64,000 nucleotides of DNA from Glaucostegus cemiculus (GCA_976551045.1 CDPCPM010000280.1:1612001-1676000), one strand, 5' to 3'; positions 38,975-52,103 are shown, counted from the first letter of the stretch. The notes: generated by a model not told the origin, from the sequence alone. Numbers and translations are program-made.

Positions 38975-39142
38975 GTAAAGGGACAGAACAGCAGGAGCAA
39001 GCAGCTCTCAATGGTAATTGCACCTTGTTATATCCTAGTGGCAGAGCACAAGCCCTGCACCTGCTTTCATTGTTATTTGGAGGCCTGGGGTCCAGGCAGA
39101 ATGGCCACTACCCAGCTTGGGCAGTCAGCCAGTGCTAACAAC

Positions 39143-39432
39143 AGAATCCGGTTTATTATCACTGACTTATATGATGTGAAATCTGTTGTTCTGCAGCAGC
39201 AGTACAGTGCAAAGACATGAAATTGCTATAAATTACAAAATAAATAAATAAGCAGTGCCACAAAAAAGGCATAACGAAGTAGTGCTCATGGGTTCATGGA
39301 CCATTCAGAGATCTGATGGCGGAGGGGAAAAAGCTGTTCCTAAATCACTGAGTGTGGGTCTTCAGGCTCCTGTACCTCTTTCCTGATGGTAGTGACGAGA
39401 AGAGGGCATGTCCCAGGTAGTGAGGGTCCTTA
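39143..39432 (-). mobile_element. Rex1/Babar LINE 3' end
   Basis: Minus strand reads KDPHYLGHALFSSLPSGKRYRSLKTHT. Tail agaatccggtttattatcactgac. Confidence 0.88.
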
Positions 39433-40688
39433 CCAGCAGGGAGGATCTGATCATTGTTTGGAATTTTTAAAAAGTGCATTAAAATTGATGGGCAGGACAT
39501 TTTGCCATGAATGAACCCCCCCTTCATTGCCATCTCACTGTCTTCAAAACTATGAGTATAAGTAGTTCCCAAAGTACATACCAAGGAGCCTAAATGTAAA
39601 GTTTTATGTTCAAATTCTGATTAAATTCCATGTGTTTAATTGAGCTTAATCTGATTTAAGATTTTTCCATCAACGTGGCAACAGGATTCAGAAAACCCCT
39701 TTCCCTAACCCTTATGATATTCAACAGGCAAATCACAAATAAAACTATTAGCATCAGTAAAGCCGGTTAGGGTCTCTCACACAACACGTGGCCCAGAGGA
39801 TGTAGTTTGCCACTACCCGCCCCAACCCCCCTGATTTATTTCTTCTGTCTCCAGAAATGCACCAAAATGTGCCTGAGCCCATGTGTATTTTTCACTGTAA
39901 TGGCTTTCCCTAATGACTTGTTCAACAGATCTATTTCCTTTGGATTAAAAGTTCCTCCCAACTTTCCCGCTTGTTTCCAATTTCCTGTTTTGCGTCACAT
40001 CAACCGATAGAACAGGGCGAGTTACAAAATCAGTTCTGCTCACGTCAAACGATAGGAAGTGCTGGTGAAACAAGCTGATATTATCTGCAGCAAGGCAGGG
40101 AGTTGGTTTAGGCATTATCTGTGTCTGAATGATCTACTGTGAGATGTTCAATGCCAGGAGTTTAATAACCGTGAAAGAGTTAATATAGACGACACTTTTA
40201 AGACACAAATACATGTCACACATCTGTGGTTTCAGTGTGGATAGAGATGGAGGATCCATGTGCACTGCTGTCCCTGGGGCAGTGCATGTTTCACAGGTTG
40301 TTGCTTTTCTACGAGTTACTTGCCTCTCAACAGCTGGTGCCTCCCTTATTCTCCATTTCTGCAATCAAAACTGGATGTGGAGAATTTCCATTGGTTGGGT
40401 CCAGTAGGTGTACCTGCAGCTGAGAGTACGTACTCTCAGGCAATTTTATTCAAGGAAAGCACCACAAGTATTTCTGTTCATCTCATCACATGACATCTAT
40501 GTACACACATCTTTCAACTTGATAGTAATCATGAGCAGAAGTATGGGGAAGCTGTAATCTGCCTCACCATCCCTTCCCTCCCCGGCCAATTGCACCGGCC
40601 CCACTGTGGCAGTGGCTGAAGTATCCTCAAGCTGCAGGAGTTAAGTCAGGCCCTTGCATGGTCTGAATGACACGATACTACTGCATTT

Positions 40689-41438
40689 GAAGGCAGAATA
40701 CAGGGTTAATGGCAGGATTCTTAGCAGTGTGGAGAAACAGAGGGATCTTGGGGTCCAAGTCCATAGATCCCTCAAAGCTGCCATGTGAGCTGATAGGGTT
40801 GTTAAGAAGGCGTATGCGTTTTGGCCTCATTAGTCAGGGGATTGAGTTCAAAAGCCACGAGGTAACGTTGCAGCTCTATGAAACTCTGGTTTGACCACAC
40901 TTAGAATATTGTGTTCAGTTCCAGTCGCCTCACTATAGGAAGGATGTGGAAGCTTTAGAAAGGTGTCAGAGGAGATTTACCAGGATGCTACCTGGATTGG
41001 AGAGCATGTCTTATGAGGATGGGTTGAGTGAGCGAGGGTTTTTCTCTTTGGAACAGAGGAGGATGAGGGGTGAGCTGATAGAGGTGTACAAGATGATAAG
41101 AGGTATAGATCGATTGGACAGTCTTAGAGACTTTTTCCCAGGCGGAAATGGCTAACACGAGAAGGCATGATTTTAAGGTGATTGGAGGAAAGCATAGGGG
41201 GGATATCAGAGGTAAGTTTTTTACACAGAGAATGGTGGGTGCATGGAACGCACTGACAAAGGTGCTGGTAGAGGCAGATACATTAGGGACATTTAAGAAA
41301 CTCTTAGATAGGCACATGGATGATAGAAAAATGGAGGGGTATGTGAGATGGAATAGTTAGGTTGAAAATGGTAGGTTAAAAGGTCAGCATAACATCATGG
41401 GCCGAAGGGCCTGTACTGTGCTGTAATGTTCTGTGTTT
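40689..41438 (+). mobile_element. CR1 LINE 3' portion with intact tail
   Basis: EKQRDLGVQVH, GIEFKSHEVTLQLYETLV, QRRFTRMLPGLE, GKFFTQRMVGAWNAL. Tail gggccgaagggcctgtactgtgctgtaatgttct. Confidence 0.93.
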
Positions 41439-42089
41439 AATACAAAATGCTGCAATTTGCCCAACATGTTTAATTTGCCAGCACAGATCGAATGTCATGG
41501 AGTAGGGCACAATGGTTTACAGACTGGCTGTAGAACTGGGACAGGTTAGACAGCACAAAACCTGGTATTAGTTGTGTCAGAAATTGACAACATTTCAACC
41601 CTGTGATTATCAGAACATAGAAGATTAACTGTACTGCCAAAATCCTTTCCTTTAATCCTATGCAGATCATATTTTGTGTTGTCCTGTTTACAGTTCAGCG
41701 AAGCCATGGGTTAGCTTGACATGTTCCAGACAGAGCTCTTACACAATCAGGCTGTTGGGCGTGTTGTTCTGATGGTGGGCGAAGGCACAAAAACCAGCAC
41801 TGGGTAGCTTCCTGCACTTCTTCTGCTTGGCTGCGACACTCATTGTCGTGACAGTGACAAGTATTGCATTCTCTCTCTTTCTACCACCTCCCTTCTTACC
41901 CCCAAATAATCCTCCTCTTGCTCTTCTGCTCCCTAGGATGAGGACTCGCCCAAAACTCCATTCTTATGTGAGTCTAAATTAAGCAGTGAGGAGCATCATA
42001 AAATTATAGAATTATTATGGCAGAGTTTGAGGCTATTCACCCCATCAAGTCAACACCAACTTTTCAGTGGAGCCTTCCCAGTAAGAAAG

Positions 42090-42495
42090 GGGAAGAAAAT
42101 GAACAAGAACTTTCTTTTATGTTGTGCATTTATGGCCCTGAGCTGCCCCAACGTGCATTAGAGCTCTGCACTATACCGCTGAAGTATAGTCATTTTTTAT
42201 AATTAAGGAAATATGGGGACTTATTCCCACAAACATCATTATGATGATTTTAATGATGTAGGCTAAGGGAAAAATAAAAGGGAGATCTTTCCTTCCCTTC
42301 TTCACAATGGGGTAATGGGTCCTTTAACATCCATCTGATAGGGCAAGCTCAGTCTCAGTTTAATTCTTCATTCCTATAACTGGGTAGAATTCCATCTCGA
42401 CTGCATAAGAGTGTCAAGCCGAATTTTGTGATCAGGTTCCTGCAATGATTGGTGAACCTATAACCTTGGAGGCAATATTATTACCACTGAGCCAG
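42090..42495 (-). mobile_element. DeuSINE-like, degraded
   Basis: ctttaacatccatctga...ctcagtttaat...gagtgtcaagcc...gaacctataacctt...ttaccactgagcca. Confidence 0.6.
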
Positions 42496-43093
42496 GATTG
42501 ATAGACTTGACAGTCAACATGTTCATAATGGTTGATACTTGGTTTGTACATATATTCCTAAAACTAGATATTGACCAGGAGTTGAAACCTCAATAATCCC
42601 TGCCACATCTTCTTCTCACCCCAATCTAAGAAAACTGAGCTCAATTCCAATAACACCCATCCCCTTCCTGTCACAATCATTCAACGTACCACTGAGCAGG
42701 GATCAAACCTAGTTCCTGCTGGTGTTCATTGTTCCATCCTATTTCATTTACCCATGATGGGCCCCTCTGCATGATTCAACGTGGTTCACAATTGCAACAT
42801 TGACTGATGAATAACCGTAAGTGACAGCTACCTCTTTCTCATATTTTATGTTCATTTTAACAACATTTTCTGCTAGAGAAGTCTGTATTGCTTTAGAACT
42901 TGAGGCTGCATTCTTTGCTTGGTCCACTATGTAGGCAGTTTTGCTGGAAACCGTTGAAATGCATCTGCGTAGTATTTACAGACTAGTTCAGGCCTTCCTT
43001 TAATTATTTCTTCAACTTCTACTTCATTATGAATACCTTTAGTTTCTTACTGTATTTCTGCCCAAGCTTTTACTCTCTGGCCTTTCTCACCAG

Positions 43094-43155
43094 ATCATCA
43101 CCGTGGTGCCACTGACCAGCACATCCCACAATCAAAGGATATATATAGCCATGAA
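43094..43155 (+). CDS. Candidate 62-nt exon, phase 1->0 (HHRGATDQHIPQSKDIYSHE)
   Basis: ctctctggcctttctcaccag| ... gaa|gtgagc, open frame. Splice-signal evidence only. Confidence 0.3.
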
Positions 43156-43939
43156 GTGAGCATTTTGAAAGCCATGTGGGGAATTCTTAAAGCCAAATGG
43201 ATAAAAGCATAAATTCTGCATGATTTATTGCCTGCACGAAGTTTTATTGACAGAAAAGAAAACTTTTTTCAAGAAGGGCTTTGGGGATTTTTTTTGTGTG
43301 AGTTTCACTGGTTAAAACTGAAAAAACACACCCTAACTATTTCCCTAATGCTTACAGGAACAAACAGAGCAGGTGGAAGCAATAAAGAATAAAAAGAGAA
43401 AAATGATTTGCTTAGTTTGACAGAATAATGAGCAATGGGGAGTAAATTGCACAATTAATGCAATGGAGAAATGATGTCATGAATGTCAGCTCAGTTTTGA
43501 GATTGAAGGAAAGCTTTTCTTTCATACCCATCCTTTGTTCTAACAAAAAAATTAAAAACTATTTTAATATATATCAATAATTCTGCATCCATTGTATCAT
43601 GATTATTATACACCTGCAGCATTAGATGCCAAATGTGATCTTAAGGAGAACTGGGTAGAGGATAACTAGACTAAATAAAGGTGTTGTGGGACCTTTATTT
43701 GGATATGTGTATGTGAGCCAGAGCTTACTGACAGAATGTAGTTTAGCATTTCCCTAATGGCCGAGAGTAGGAGTGTGCAAGCTTCATTCCCTCACACTTC
43801 ATCCAGTCTCCACCTGACATCTACAAGCAGACATTTTCTGGTTAGATCAGTGGGTAGGAATTGGTGCAGGAAACATGCCTCATTTTACTCCTGCATATTC
43901 CAGGCCAAATGCATGAAACCGTATGTTTCAAATGGCCTA

Positions 43940-44282
43940 GCATCTAGCACCGTATTTTCCATCCTTATCTATTCAGTTATAGCCGGATCCTTTCAAATAA
44001 CGGCTTCTTTTCTCAGTGCTGACCTGTTACCATGGAGTCCCTCAAAGATCTGTCTTTGGCCCTCTCCTTTTCCCCAATCTAAGTGCACCTCTTGGCAATA
44101 TCTTTTGCAGATGTTGGCTCAGCTCTGCACCTATACAGTGGTGATTGCTGTCTCTCCTTCATCTCTCTTGACCCCTCCAATACCTTTATGTTCTCAGACT
44201 GTTTATTTAACATCTGGTGTTGTATGAACTGCAGCCTCCTCCGGGTAAACATTGGGACGACTGAAACCATAGTTTTTGGGCA
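43940..44282 (+). mobile_element. L2 LINE RT fragment
   Basis: GVPQ..S.FGPL.F, and FSDCLFNIWCCMNCSLLRVNIGTTETIVFG, which resembles L2 LSDCLSDI..WM..N.L.LN..KTE.IVFG. Confidence 0.75.
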
Positions 44283-46199
44283 AAGGCAAAGCCAGTCAGC
44301 TAATTATCCAATGGTTTCCACTGTAAAGTGCTGCCAGGGCACCAGCTCAGGACAGAATCAAGCCTGGCTCAAACACTGTTCATTATGCAGAGTCCAAGCA
44401 CGTTAAGAGTGATTACTTGATGCATTTAGGAGTAGAAAGTGTGGAGAATGCTTGGGGTTGGCAGAACAACATTGCTAATTAGGAAAAGGTATAACACAAA
44501 GCCTGGTTCGAGCCTGGTCTTTATCTGTACACACTGGATAATCTGTACTGTCAACTGACTCATTAGGAGATATCTTACAAAATAAAATCTGTACAGATCA
44601 CACTGTGCTTATCTACTGTTGCTTCTGTTTTGTCCACCTTCCCCAGAAGGGAGAAGTTAGACTGACATGTTCCAGACAGAGCAGTTCCAGGATTAGATGG
44701 CATGTCAAGCTGCCATTGTGTGTAAAAAAAAAAGAGAAAACAATATTAGTTCTGGGTATTTTTCCTGGGCCTGCGTTCTTTCCAGCTCTATATGCTTCTA
44801 AGGTTGTCATTCCTTTCTCTAGTTGCCAAGATGCATTCTTTTCATGCAACATAGTTTAAACAGTATTTTTAAAGTAAATTATATTTATATTTTATTTTAG
44901 CAGAGACGATTGTGTTTATTCTGGCTGCTTTAATTCTACCCATTTCAGTGTAGTGTTTTAACACAATTAGTTTCTATTGGTGAAATTTTGGTTGTTAACT
45001 GTACTTTTGCATTGTTTTGTGCTGTGACTAAACCACAGCTGTAGAACATTACCACCCAAGTAGAAAATCACCAATTAAACCAATAATTAAGGGGCGGAAT
45101 AAAGTAAAATAAGCCCAGTAGCTATTTGACGTCACTGTATTTGTGCACATAACATGTGTCATTAACCCTTAAACCTCTCAGAACTCTAGGGAATTTCAGG
45201 CTTCCTTGCAGGCTACTTTTACAACTCAAATACCAAAACAGACCCTAATATTACAAGCTATCCCACAATATATGCATATCATTACCATGTAAGCAAACCT
45301 ATTTCAGGTACCGTGAAACTCCCTCAGATCCCACCTTGGTTGAGTTGTGATCTGTTGGCAACACAGCAGGAAATTGAACTTCGGAGCTTTTGAGCAGTAC
45401 CCCATGGTTCAGGGTTGCCTCTACCAGTCAGCCCTCTGGAGATTCAGGCTTTACTGGTAGAACTAGAAGTCGTCTTCCTCCGGCTGAAGAGTCTGCAGGT
45501 GGACAACATCATCTTAGGTCAAGGGGATGGCTATTTACAAATGAGATAAGAGAAAATTTCTTCATGCAGAGGGCTGTGGATATTTAGGATTCTTGACCTC
45601 AGTTCATTCAAGACTGGGATCAATACATTTTTGGACACTGAGAGGATCATGGGATGTAGGAGAATGCTTGAGGAATTGTATTGCCCACTCCTGCTCAACC
45701 AGCTTATGTTGGTAAATAATGTCAGATACATATCCATCCCAACCTTTGACGGGACTTTATGTAAAAATAAATCAGTTACAAGCAGCATCATAGTCCTTTC
45801 CCAGTGGATAACAAACTTCTCCATTTAAAGAAAGGTTTGCCATCTGTCTTTTTTTAAGAAAATGTTTTTAGATACAAACCCTCCACATTACTCTTTGTAT
45901 CATAAAGACTCTTGATTTAAAATTCTCGATTCCTGCAGATGCAGAAGTCCCTTGAGTGTATCTTAATCTCAAATCAGCAGTAAGCTCTGAGTCCTGGTGA
46001 ACACAACAGTTTCTCTGTAGAATGCAGTTAGAGCCGTCTATGGCATGGGGACGACTCAGCTGTACTAGGAAGATGTGGTGGAGTGTCATGAAGGCAAAAG
46101 TTATAGAGAACTTAATAACTATGGGAGCAGACCGATGTTTCTGAGGCACAGTCATGCTTTGAAACGTGTCGTCTCCCTCGTGTCAGGTCAATGTCACCG

Positions 46200-48390
46200 A
46201 GTAACTGCAGACCGTTCTGAGTGGTGAGGGAAGTTATGGTCCATATGGTGCCATTGACATAGCTAGAAAGAGTGATGGGGTCCTGCAGGCAAATTTTTAA
46301 GACCCAGAAAAGAGATTAAGTAGGTATTATAGGTACCATGCATTAATGAGTACAGAAGTAGGAGAGTGGTGCAGATTGAATGCCTGGTTGAAAAGACGTC
46401 ACTGCACACAAGATTCCAAGGGTTTGGAATGGTTGTGGGAAAGGAGAAACCTGCACAAAATGGATAGGTTAACAGTGCCAGGATCAGTATCCTCACAACC
46501 AGGGGGCCTAGAGCTAGGAGATGTTGGAAGAGGATAGTGAGAGTTTAATTAGGCAGAGGTGGAGCAAGAGGGAGGGTGAAAGGAGAAACAAGGTACACAA
46601 AGGACATGGAGAGCTTCGAAGGGATGGATAGCATTAAAGTAAGAAGCAGTAGAGCATTCATTAGATTAAGAAGGGATGCCATAGGGTTTGAGATAATTTA
46701 ACAGTGCACGTACATAATAAACATGACAAATAATGTTAGTGAGCTGTAAGCTCAAATGGTCACAAGAGAAAATGATGTTATGACAGTAAAGAAGATTTGG
46801 CTCAAAAGAGTGGCATTGGTTACTAAATACTGCAGGAAGCAAGTTGTTCAGCAAAGAATGAAGGAAGACGGTATTGATAATGGAGAGTATTACAATGCTG
46901 GATAGAAAGAATGTTCCTTGTGGATCAAGAACTGAATCCTTGGGTTAAGGAACAGTGAAGGTGCCATTACACTAGCAGGAGTATACTGTCAGCCACTACC
47001 TGATGGAAAGGGTGTGAAGGAAAACATTTGCAGGGTAGTTATAGAGAAGTGCAAGAACAACCGGGAAGTGAAATTGGAAGATTTCAAGTATCTTAATATA
47101 AACTAGTTTAATAGGAGTAAAAAAGACAATGAAGGAGGATGGATTCCTAATGAAAGAAGACACAGAAACCCTGCCATAAATAATAAAGACCAAATAATCA
47201 AATGAGATTGTGGAACTGAAGGAAATTAGTATTAGTAAAAGCATGTATTACTGCTCTCTGCCTGGTAACTAATTCCCAATCCATGCCAGTACATTGGCCC
47301 CAGTTCCACGTGCTCTGACCTTGTTGTGCAAACTCCTGCGTGGCACACCTTTTCAAAATCTAAATACATCACATCCACTGGTCCCTCTTGTCTGTTGTAC
47401 TAGTCACATCCTCAAAGAACTCCAATAAATTAGTGAAATATGATCTTCCTTTCAGAAATCCATGCTGACTTTGCTCAATCCTATGTAAAGAGGAGGATGT
47501 AAAGAGACTTTAAGTAGACATAAACATGCTAAGTGAGTGAGCAAGAGCAAATCAGGTGGAATATAGTAAGGTAAAATGAGGGGTCATCCATTTAGGTTCA
47601 TAAGCAGAAGAATTTTTAATGGTGATATAATGGGAAATGTTGATGTACAAAGGATTTGGGTGTGCTAGTCTACAAGTCACAAAGCTAGCAAGCAGGTGCA
47701 ACGGGCAGTTATGAAGGCAATATATATATTGACTTTTATTGCAAGAGAATTTGAGTACAGGAGTGAAAAGGTCTTACTGTGATTATATAGTGCCTTGGTG
47801 AGACCACATCTTAGAGTATAGTGTACAGTTCTGATCTCCTTATGTAAAATATAAATATATTTGGCATAGAGGAATGCAGCAAAAATGCACTCAACTAGTT
47901 CCTGGTTTCTTCACTCAGAGGATGCTAAATCTTTGGAATCTTCTGCCCTGGAGGGCTGTAGAGTCATTTTCATTCAAAATCAAAGAAGCCTAGGTCACGG
48001 GATAAAGAGGAACCAAGGTAGAAAATCAACCCCATAATCTGGATGAACGGTGGATGTCCTACTTGCCTGTGAGTCCAGGTACATTCTCACAAGGGGTAAA
48101 GGTCCAAGTGACCAAAGACAGAGGTGCCCAGGTAAAGAAAGAAAAAGCAAGTAAAGTGATGCACATGAAGTGGGTGTTTGACAGATGTTAAGTGGAAAAT
48201 ACAAGTAAGAACTAAGTTGCATATTGAAAAATTAGAGAGGAAGTGAAAAAGGAAATAAAAGGGTCAAAGAAAGAGTATGAGAGTGGATTCACTGCTAACA
48301 TAAATAGACTCCAAAGATCTTCTTTTGGTACATAAATGGACAGTAAGAGGAAGGGTGGGGCTGCTGTGAGACCAAAGAGGAGGTGTATAT
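46200..48390 (+). mobile_element. Fragmented CR1 (ORF1 esterase, endonuclease and RT remnants) with an inverted piece at ~47250-47480
   Basis: RLNAWL (ORF1 SGNH-like), YLTVH/LAGVYCQP (endonuclease-like), LYSALVRPHL. The 47250-47480 piece reads as CR1 RT on the minus strand. Confidence 0.7.
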
Positions 48391-48876
48391 GTTCAAGTTT
48401 AATGTTGCCATAGGCATACATACACAGGGTTTCAATGCCATGAAATTTAACTTATTGCAGCAGCAGCAGCGCAGTACATTACAAGACGAGGACAAACGTA
48501 AGGTAACATAAACTTAAATTAACATAAGTTATACATAACCTACACATATGCAAAAATAAACAACAAAATGAACTTAACAACAGTGTGCAAGATTGAGAGA
48601 TAAAAAAAATAATATATAATCCAAGGTAGTTTAAGATTTTTCAGGTCAGTTCCAGAACCTAATGGCAGTGGGGAAGAAGTTGTTGTTGAACCTTGAGGTG
48701 TGGGTCTTCAGGCTCCTGTACCTCCTGCCTGCTGGCAGCATCGAGAAGGAGGGCACGGCCTGGATGATGGGGGCCCCTGATGACGAATGCTGCCTTCCTG
48801 AGACATCACCTCTTGTGGATGTCCTTGTGGGGAGAGCTTACCCATGATGGAACTGACTGAGTACACAACTCTCTGC
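48391..48876 (-). mobile_element. Rex1/Babar LINE 3' portion
   Basis: gtgtgggtcttcaggctcctgtacctcctgcc is shared with 39350-39385. Tail gttcaagtttaatgttgccat. Confidence 0.85.
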
Positions 48877-49949
48877 GAGAAAAGGACCTCAGCTACAGCA
48901 CTCTGAGAGAATCCTCTGATATTCAGCAGCCACATGGGATGTCACTCCTTGAATGTGACTCTGTCCAGAAGGTCATGTTTGTCAATGACAAATGCTCATG
49001 CAAGCAATCACAGGTCATTCTAACTGCTATAGTTCGCGGCACCCCTACGCCCGAGTCACTTAGCCTGACCAAAGCGTGGCAGTTAGAACAAGGGCTGTCC
49101 TCTGACCAGTGGGCTCCAGGTTTCACTCCAAAGGTTGTGCACAAGAGGAGAATGTTCACACAGGGGAGCCAGTTTGCCATCCAAGACCTAATTACGCAGG
49201 CCACTCATGTTCTGAAGCAACTCTTCTGCCTCCTAGAACGCCTTACAGGATCCTTGCTCTACGTCGCAAAGTGGGCGTCCAAAAATATGGTCACCTGCTA
49301 TAAATCCTGTTTGGCCCTTTCCAGCAGTTGAGCAGCTGGAGGAAGAAGTGGAAGTGGAGGAGGCATTTCCTTGGGCCTAGGAGTCGAAGAGAAACATTCT
49401 CTTTGTCCTGTAATTTGTTTAATGACGTGCTTGTCATGGTGGAAAATCTGGTAATGTATAAAAGCTCTGAAATGTCTGAATCTTGGAGCAGTGGTAACTA
49501 TGAGAAAGTCTGATGCAGTATTTGAATATTAGACCCAAAACATCATTAATGTTGTTGGTAAATGGATGATAAGGACATATTGCATTGAAAAGTGTGTGAG
49601 GCTAGTGGTTCAGGATTTGACAATGTATTCACTGACCTTGCCTATGCCATCTGAGGTTATTAAATCTTCTTGAGGTCCCACTATCACAATCCCCATTCTT
49701 GGGGCTTGACGTCTTGCGTTCACTTCATCTGCTGCCTTATAAATACTGCAGCTTCACTATGAACTTGGAGAAGTTCCTGGTCCCTGTGGTTAGAGGACCT
49801 CTCTCCCTCCCTTAACTTCATCCACTAAGACAGTTGTGGAGACAGTTGAAAGATCAGGATGCCCATTCTCACATGTTCTGCCATCTTACTCACTAAGTGG
49901 TGTTAAAGGTGCAGGCTGCCTTCCACCATTGGTGGTTAGCGAGCTGGTG

Positions 49950-51330
49950 CCAGCAGCTAAGAAAGTTGGGCCCCATGTTTCTGCATTAAAGGAATAAACA
50001 ACATGGTCTGTGCTGGCTTAATGTAGAAATCATGGTAGTGAGGAAGCAGCAGGAATGAATCCTGTTGTATTATGGCTCTACTTTCACCAGCAGCCATCTG
50101 ATTCTTTATCCAATCATGAATTCTTGATAATGATCCCATGCGGTGCTTTGGGATGTTTACCTATGATAAAAGCACAGTATCATCTGCTTGGATTCAAGCA
50201 GGTCTGTGTATTGGCCCCAACCCACTTCAATATGATCTTGTCTGCTACATTTACCGATTTTAGTTTGCATTTTATTACCATGGCACCTGGATTGACCTCA
50301 GGTACTGTTTTGATGACAAGCTTCCTAGTTTGAAGACACTGAAGGCAAGGACAAGGTAAAAGGAAGTGACTGTTCCTGATCTTGTTTATTGATAACTGTT
50401 CCTTAAACCCTATTTCTGCGTCTGACACTGTGTTATCGTTGCAATCGACACAAGGCTGACGTGGGGAAGCAGCCTGCAGCAGGAAAGCGTTAAATATAGT
50501 CAATGACCAAACTCTGTAAGCAGTGAGCAAGTTCACCTGTCTCATCTGTGCACTGTCCTGTACCGTTCACATCAATGGAGAAATCAACACTTGAATCGAC
50601 AAAGCAAGTATGGCCTTTGGCAGACAATGTGCAAATGTGTGGGAGCCCAAGGGCACCAGTCAACAAACAAATCAGAAGGTCTGCAAAGCCTTTGTGTTGT
50701 CAACCCTGAAGTACACACGTGAAAATCAGACAGCGTACAAGCACCATGCGGTAAAACTGAACCATTTTTACTTTGGCTGTCTGAATACACTGATTAAGAT
50801 AAGAAGGCAAGATAAAGTCTCAGAAATGTGGTCAACCAACAGAAACTTCAACTCCCCTTTCATTTCATTTCCCGTGTCAACAAAGTGCAGGCTAGTCATC
50901 CAACCTTTCAGACAAGACCTTCAAATGCACAGGCACTCCCAGCATCCACGTGTTCCTGAGTGGATCACAGATGATGCAGGCAGGCATATCATCAGGATGT
51001 CAGTTAATGGCTGTCAAAGAAAATCTTCTAAGGAGCGCTGAAAGGAAGAAAGCACTCTCAGGGAGCTCAGAAGAAACGGTTCAAGTATTCCTTCAAGTTA
51101 TCCTTGAAACACATCAACATTGATCTGGAGTTTTGGGAGGATCTTTCTGATGGTTTTTCCATCTGATGTAGACCAAAGCTACAGTCTATGAACGGAGAAG
51201 AACTGCTGAGATGGTGCAGAAGGGAAAGCAGCACGAATCTCACGTCAGCACCATATCTGCTATTAATCATGCAATCCAGAGTGATATCTCCTGCTTGGTG
51301 TTCCATGGAGATTTAAAAGCACACATTGAA
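49950..51330 (+). mobile_element. RTE-BovB-like LINE RT fossil
   Basis: GFKQVCVLAPTHF, KVCKAFVLSTL, HHAVKLNHF...KIRRQDKV, GAQKKRFKYSFK. Confidence 0.85.
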
Positions 51331-51848
51331 CTGACTCAGGTCAATGTTGAAACCAAAGCATTCAATGATAGGCATCTCCAAACTAGAGAGACAAGCAATA
51401 TCATCCAAGCAACTGTGCATGTTGGAAAGAATAGGTTACAGGGAAGTAAGTGGGAGAATGGGACTGATGGGAATGCTATCATAGACTCAATCGCCTGAAC
51501 AGCCTCCTTTGTCATAATAAAATATGAAATATATGAAATAAATCCAAGCTGTCGCATATGTTTGAGCCTAATGTTGAATCTAAATAGGCTATTTGACAAT
51601 AGGTAGCATCACAACTCCACTAGTGCCCACCCGGGGTGGTTGGACAGCAAGCTGGGGAGGGATCGCAAGCCACTTCAATGCCCCAACTAATCCTTTTCTA
51701 GACCAGGAATCAAATCTGGGACCACCAAGATGAGAAAGCTCAGTACCACACCGTGCAATGTATCTCCCCTCCGTGACATTGTGACCCATAAATCCTATTT
51801 CCCGGCTGGCCATTATTTCAGGCTGAAGGATCTGCAGCAGATGCAGAA

Positions 51849-52103
51849 GCGGCACGATAGCGTAGCGGTTAGCGCGATGCTGTTACAGTGCCAGCGATCG
51901 GGGTTCGATTCCCATCGCTGACTGTAAGGAGTTTGTACGTTCTCACGTGTCTGCGTGGGTTTCCTCCGGGTGCTCCGGTTTCCTCCCACATTCTAAAGAC
52001 CTACGGGTAGGTTAATTTGGGGGTTTAGAATGGGCGGCGTGGACTCATTGGGCCGAAAGGGCCTGTTACCATGCTGTAAATAAAATTTAATTTTAATTTA
52101 AAA
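51849..52103 (+). mobile_element. HE1-like V-SINE, young, with CR1-type tail
   Basis: A box tagcgtagcggttagcg, B box ggttcgattcc, V-domain, tail gggccgaaagggcctgttaccatgctgtaaataaaatttaa. CpGs are retained. Confidence 0.93.
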
